The notes beneath the pieces are model-generated. The model was not told where the DNA came from, searched no databases, and saw only the letters and a list, made by a program, of their open reading frames with translations. The position numbers and the translations under genes are program-made. From NCBI GenBank assembly GCA_950097015.1, contig CATNEN010000007.1, forward strand, positions 10,850,001-10,914,000: a DNA stretch of 64,000 nt, in the 5' to 3' direction. Positions 61,849 to 64,000 of this stretch are shown in pieces (position 1 is the first letter of the stretch; each line of letters starts with the position of its first letter). This DNA is from Macrostomum hystrix (Eukaryota; Animalia; Platyhelminthes).

Positions 61849-62770
61849 GTTAGCGAGAGTGCGGTAATGCCAAGCCTAGAGCGGCTGGTAGAATTTTTTG
61901 CTGGCCACTGTTGTAAGCGAGCTGGCGCATCTCTCGGTGGCGGCTTTAATTCGCTTGTCTGATAGGCGGCATGGACGGAGGTGGGGTGGGTGCACAATTC
62001 ACGCGTGGGTGTCGTGGGGCTGAGTAAGAGTCAAACTGGGCTTGACCAATTAGAGAGGGAGGCAGATAGAGGGTGCGTGTGCATGAGATCTGCGTCTGCG
62101 CGCTGCTGAATGAACCAATTGAAGCCGGCCTTGAGACGTCCGATGCCCAAATATGGCCGAGAGTGTGGCTCGCTGGTAATTGGGGTGGCTGTGGCTCAGG
62201 CAGCCAATCAGGTTCTAGGGCCGGATTAGACGAGTCAATGTTTCATTTTTAATTGGAATGGAGAGAAGTTGCACGAATATGCAGGTGAGCTGGTGGTATG
62301 TACATAATGAATGCATGCTGTCTGTCAGTGAGTATAAGGTAATATACCATATGGGTCAATATATTATATGAGCAAGTCACCTACGTACGATTCGTACGTA
62401 TATTCTCTGATAATAATTCAGCAGCTATCACAACGATACAAGAGTTATGATTCTGGCTAGGAATGGCATAAAATTATTTTCTATATATTTAGTAGCTGCT
62501 AACAGTTACCGGATACGACCAGTGTAACACTTGCCTCCCTAAACTGCAACTCAAATGTCCCAATGTAAATTATCACCAGATACGGACAGTGTCCACGTAG
62601 CATCTGACTGAGACGGCGCCAGCACGAGCTTTCAGGTTCCTGAAGCCTTCAGCCCATCTCTGGGCAGAGCACGCCCAGGGCGTAGCGCAGCAGGGATCTG
62701 TTGGATCTGCGTCCACGGTCTACTCTTGAAGGCCAAACAGTAGCACTGGCTCCACGGCATCCTCAGTGCG

Positions 62771-64000
62771 TCTTCTTCTTCTTCTTCTTCTTCTTCGGGC
62801 GTGCGCGGGCCAGGGCCCATGGCACCGGGCATCAGATGATGCCCGCCTTCCCAAGCAGGGCCAGCACGGAAGCACAGCATTCAAAGACCGCAGCGGGCTC
62901 CGGGCAGGGGCCCCAGAGGCGGCAGCGGTGGGCGGTCAGGGCGGGGCAGGCGAGGAGCACGTGGGCCGCCGTCTCGTCGCCCTCGCCACAGAGTCGACAG
63001 GTGGGGGCCACCGGGGCGCCAATCGTGGCCTGGAAGCCCCGGAGGGCATGGCAGCGGTCGGCGCGCAGCTGGCAGATCAGCCGCTCGTGCCGCCGCGAGA
63101 GGTCAGTCGGCGGAGGAGGCGGCAGGTGGCCCGAGGTGCAGGCGGCGTGCCAGGGCAGCGAGCTCGTGCCCGCAGCGTCGGCGGCCGCCGCGCGGTACAG
63201 CTGGTGCCAGCGGGCAAGGCAGTGGCGGCGAATGGCGGCCTGGGCCGCAGCCAGCGGGATGTGGGCCTCAGCCTGCGGCAGCGCGGAGCCGCGCTTGGCA
63301 ATGGCATCGACCGCCTCGTTGCCAGGGATGCCCGCGTGGCCCGGGACCCACTGCAGGTGGACAGCGACGCCTCCGGCTGCGAGGTGGGAGAGGCTGGCCC
63401 AGATGGCATCGGCAGTGGTGACGCCCGTCGAGTCGGGGCCGGACTCGAGCGCAGCCAGCGCACTCAGGGAGTCCGAGCACACGCGGACCGGCGACAGCTC
63501 GGCCGGGTCCGGTGCCGCCAACACCCACTGGAGGGCCTCGGCGATGGCCACCAGCTCAGCGTGGAAGCTGGACGTCACGTGACCGGCTGGGACGCACAGT
63601 GCCGTGTCGGGCTCGACCAGGGCGCCGCTGCCGCCGGCCGAGACGCCATCCTTTGCCGCTCCGTCGGTCCAGATGGCCGTGCGGGCGGGCAGCAGGCCTG
63701 CCAGCGTTAGCTCAGCCGCCGCTCTCCGTGCCTCAGGCGGGTCGCACCGGGAGGAGGGGGCGGACAGCTGCAGACCAAAGGTGACGGTGTCCAGGTTGGC
63801 CCAGGGAGGCGTCGCGGGGACAGCGCAAACGGGCTCGCGCGGGTAGCCGCTCAGGCCCGCGTCGGTGCTGACTCTGGTCGCCGTTTCCCGCCAGCCTCGG
63901 GCGCTCTGGAGGCGGCGGCGTGGGCCCTCGGCGGCCGCGCAGGCGAGCAGCGGGTTGTCGGGCGGGAGCCTGAGGGCGCGCTCGAGGAGAAGGCCGGCGT
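62771..64000 (-). mobile_element. 3' end of a non-LTR retrotransposon (I group, Ingi-like): ORF2 C-terminus with RNase H and CCHC knuckle, (GAA)n tail
   Basis: Open frame from 63998 to the stop at 62832: ERALRLPPDNPL, PPW, IWTDG, SFHAEL, VCSDSLSAL, LQWVPGHAGIPGNEAVD, CRLCGEGDETAAHVLLAC. Short 3' UTR, then a (GAA)n tail at ~62771-62796. Confidence 0.92.

Overview
Eukaryotic, intron-containing animal genomic DNA. The GC-rich Ala/Ser-run coding style, dense minisatellites and apparent trans-splice acceptors suggest a flatworm such as Macrostomum; this is inference, not verified. Ten host genes were reconstructed by hand: a Bicaudal-C/GLD-3-like KH protein (-), NOL4-like (+), anamorsin/CIAPIN1 (-), Nkx2.2/vnd (+) nested in the 11-kb anamorsin intron, RAD51AP1-like (-), POLR3H/RPC8 (-), an F-box/WD40 protein (+), a two-domain LAMP (-), UQCR10 (-) and ARHGAP19-like (-). 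The window also holds the 3' end of an RNase H-bearing non-LTR retrotransposon, several MITEs (two nested pairs), tRNA-derived SINEs and about 15 tandem repeats. The most striking signal is a ~110-nt minus-strand unit (33154-33263) in which a minimal type I hammerhead ribozyme sits between a Pol III A box and B box, followed by a T6 terminator. Also notable are a probable trans-spliced operon (POLR3H-RAD51AP1-CIAPIN1) that hosts the nested homeobox gene, and a minisatellite that copies a real 5' splice site about 16 times. All exon boundaries are manual predictions.
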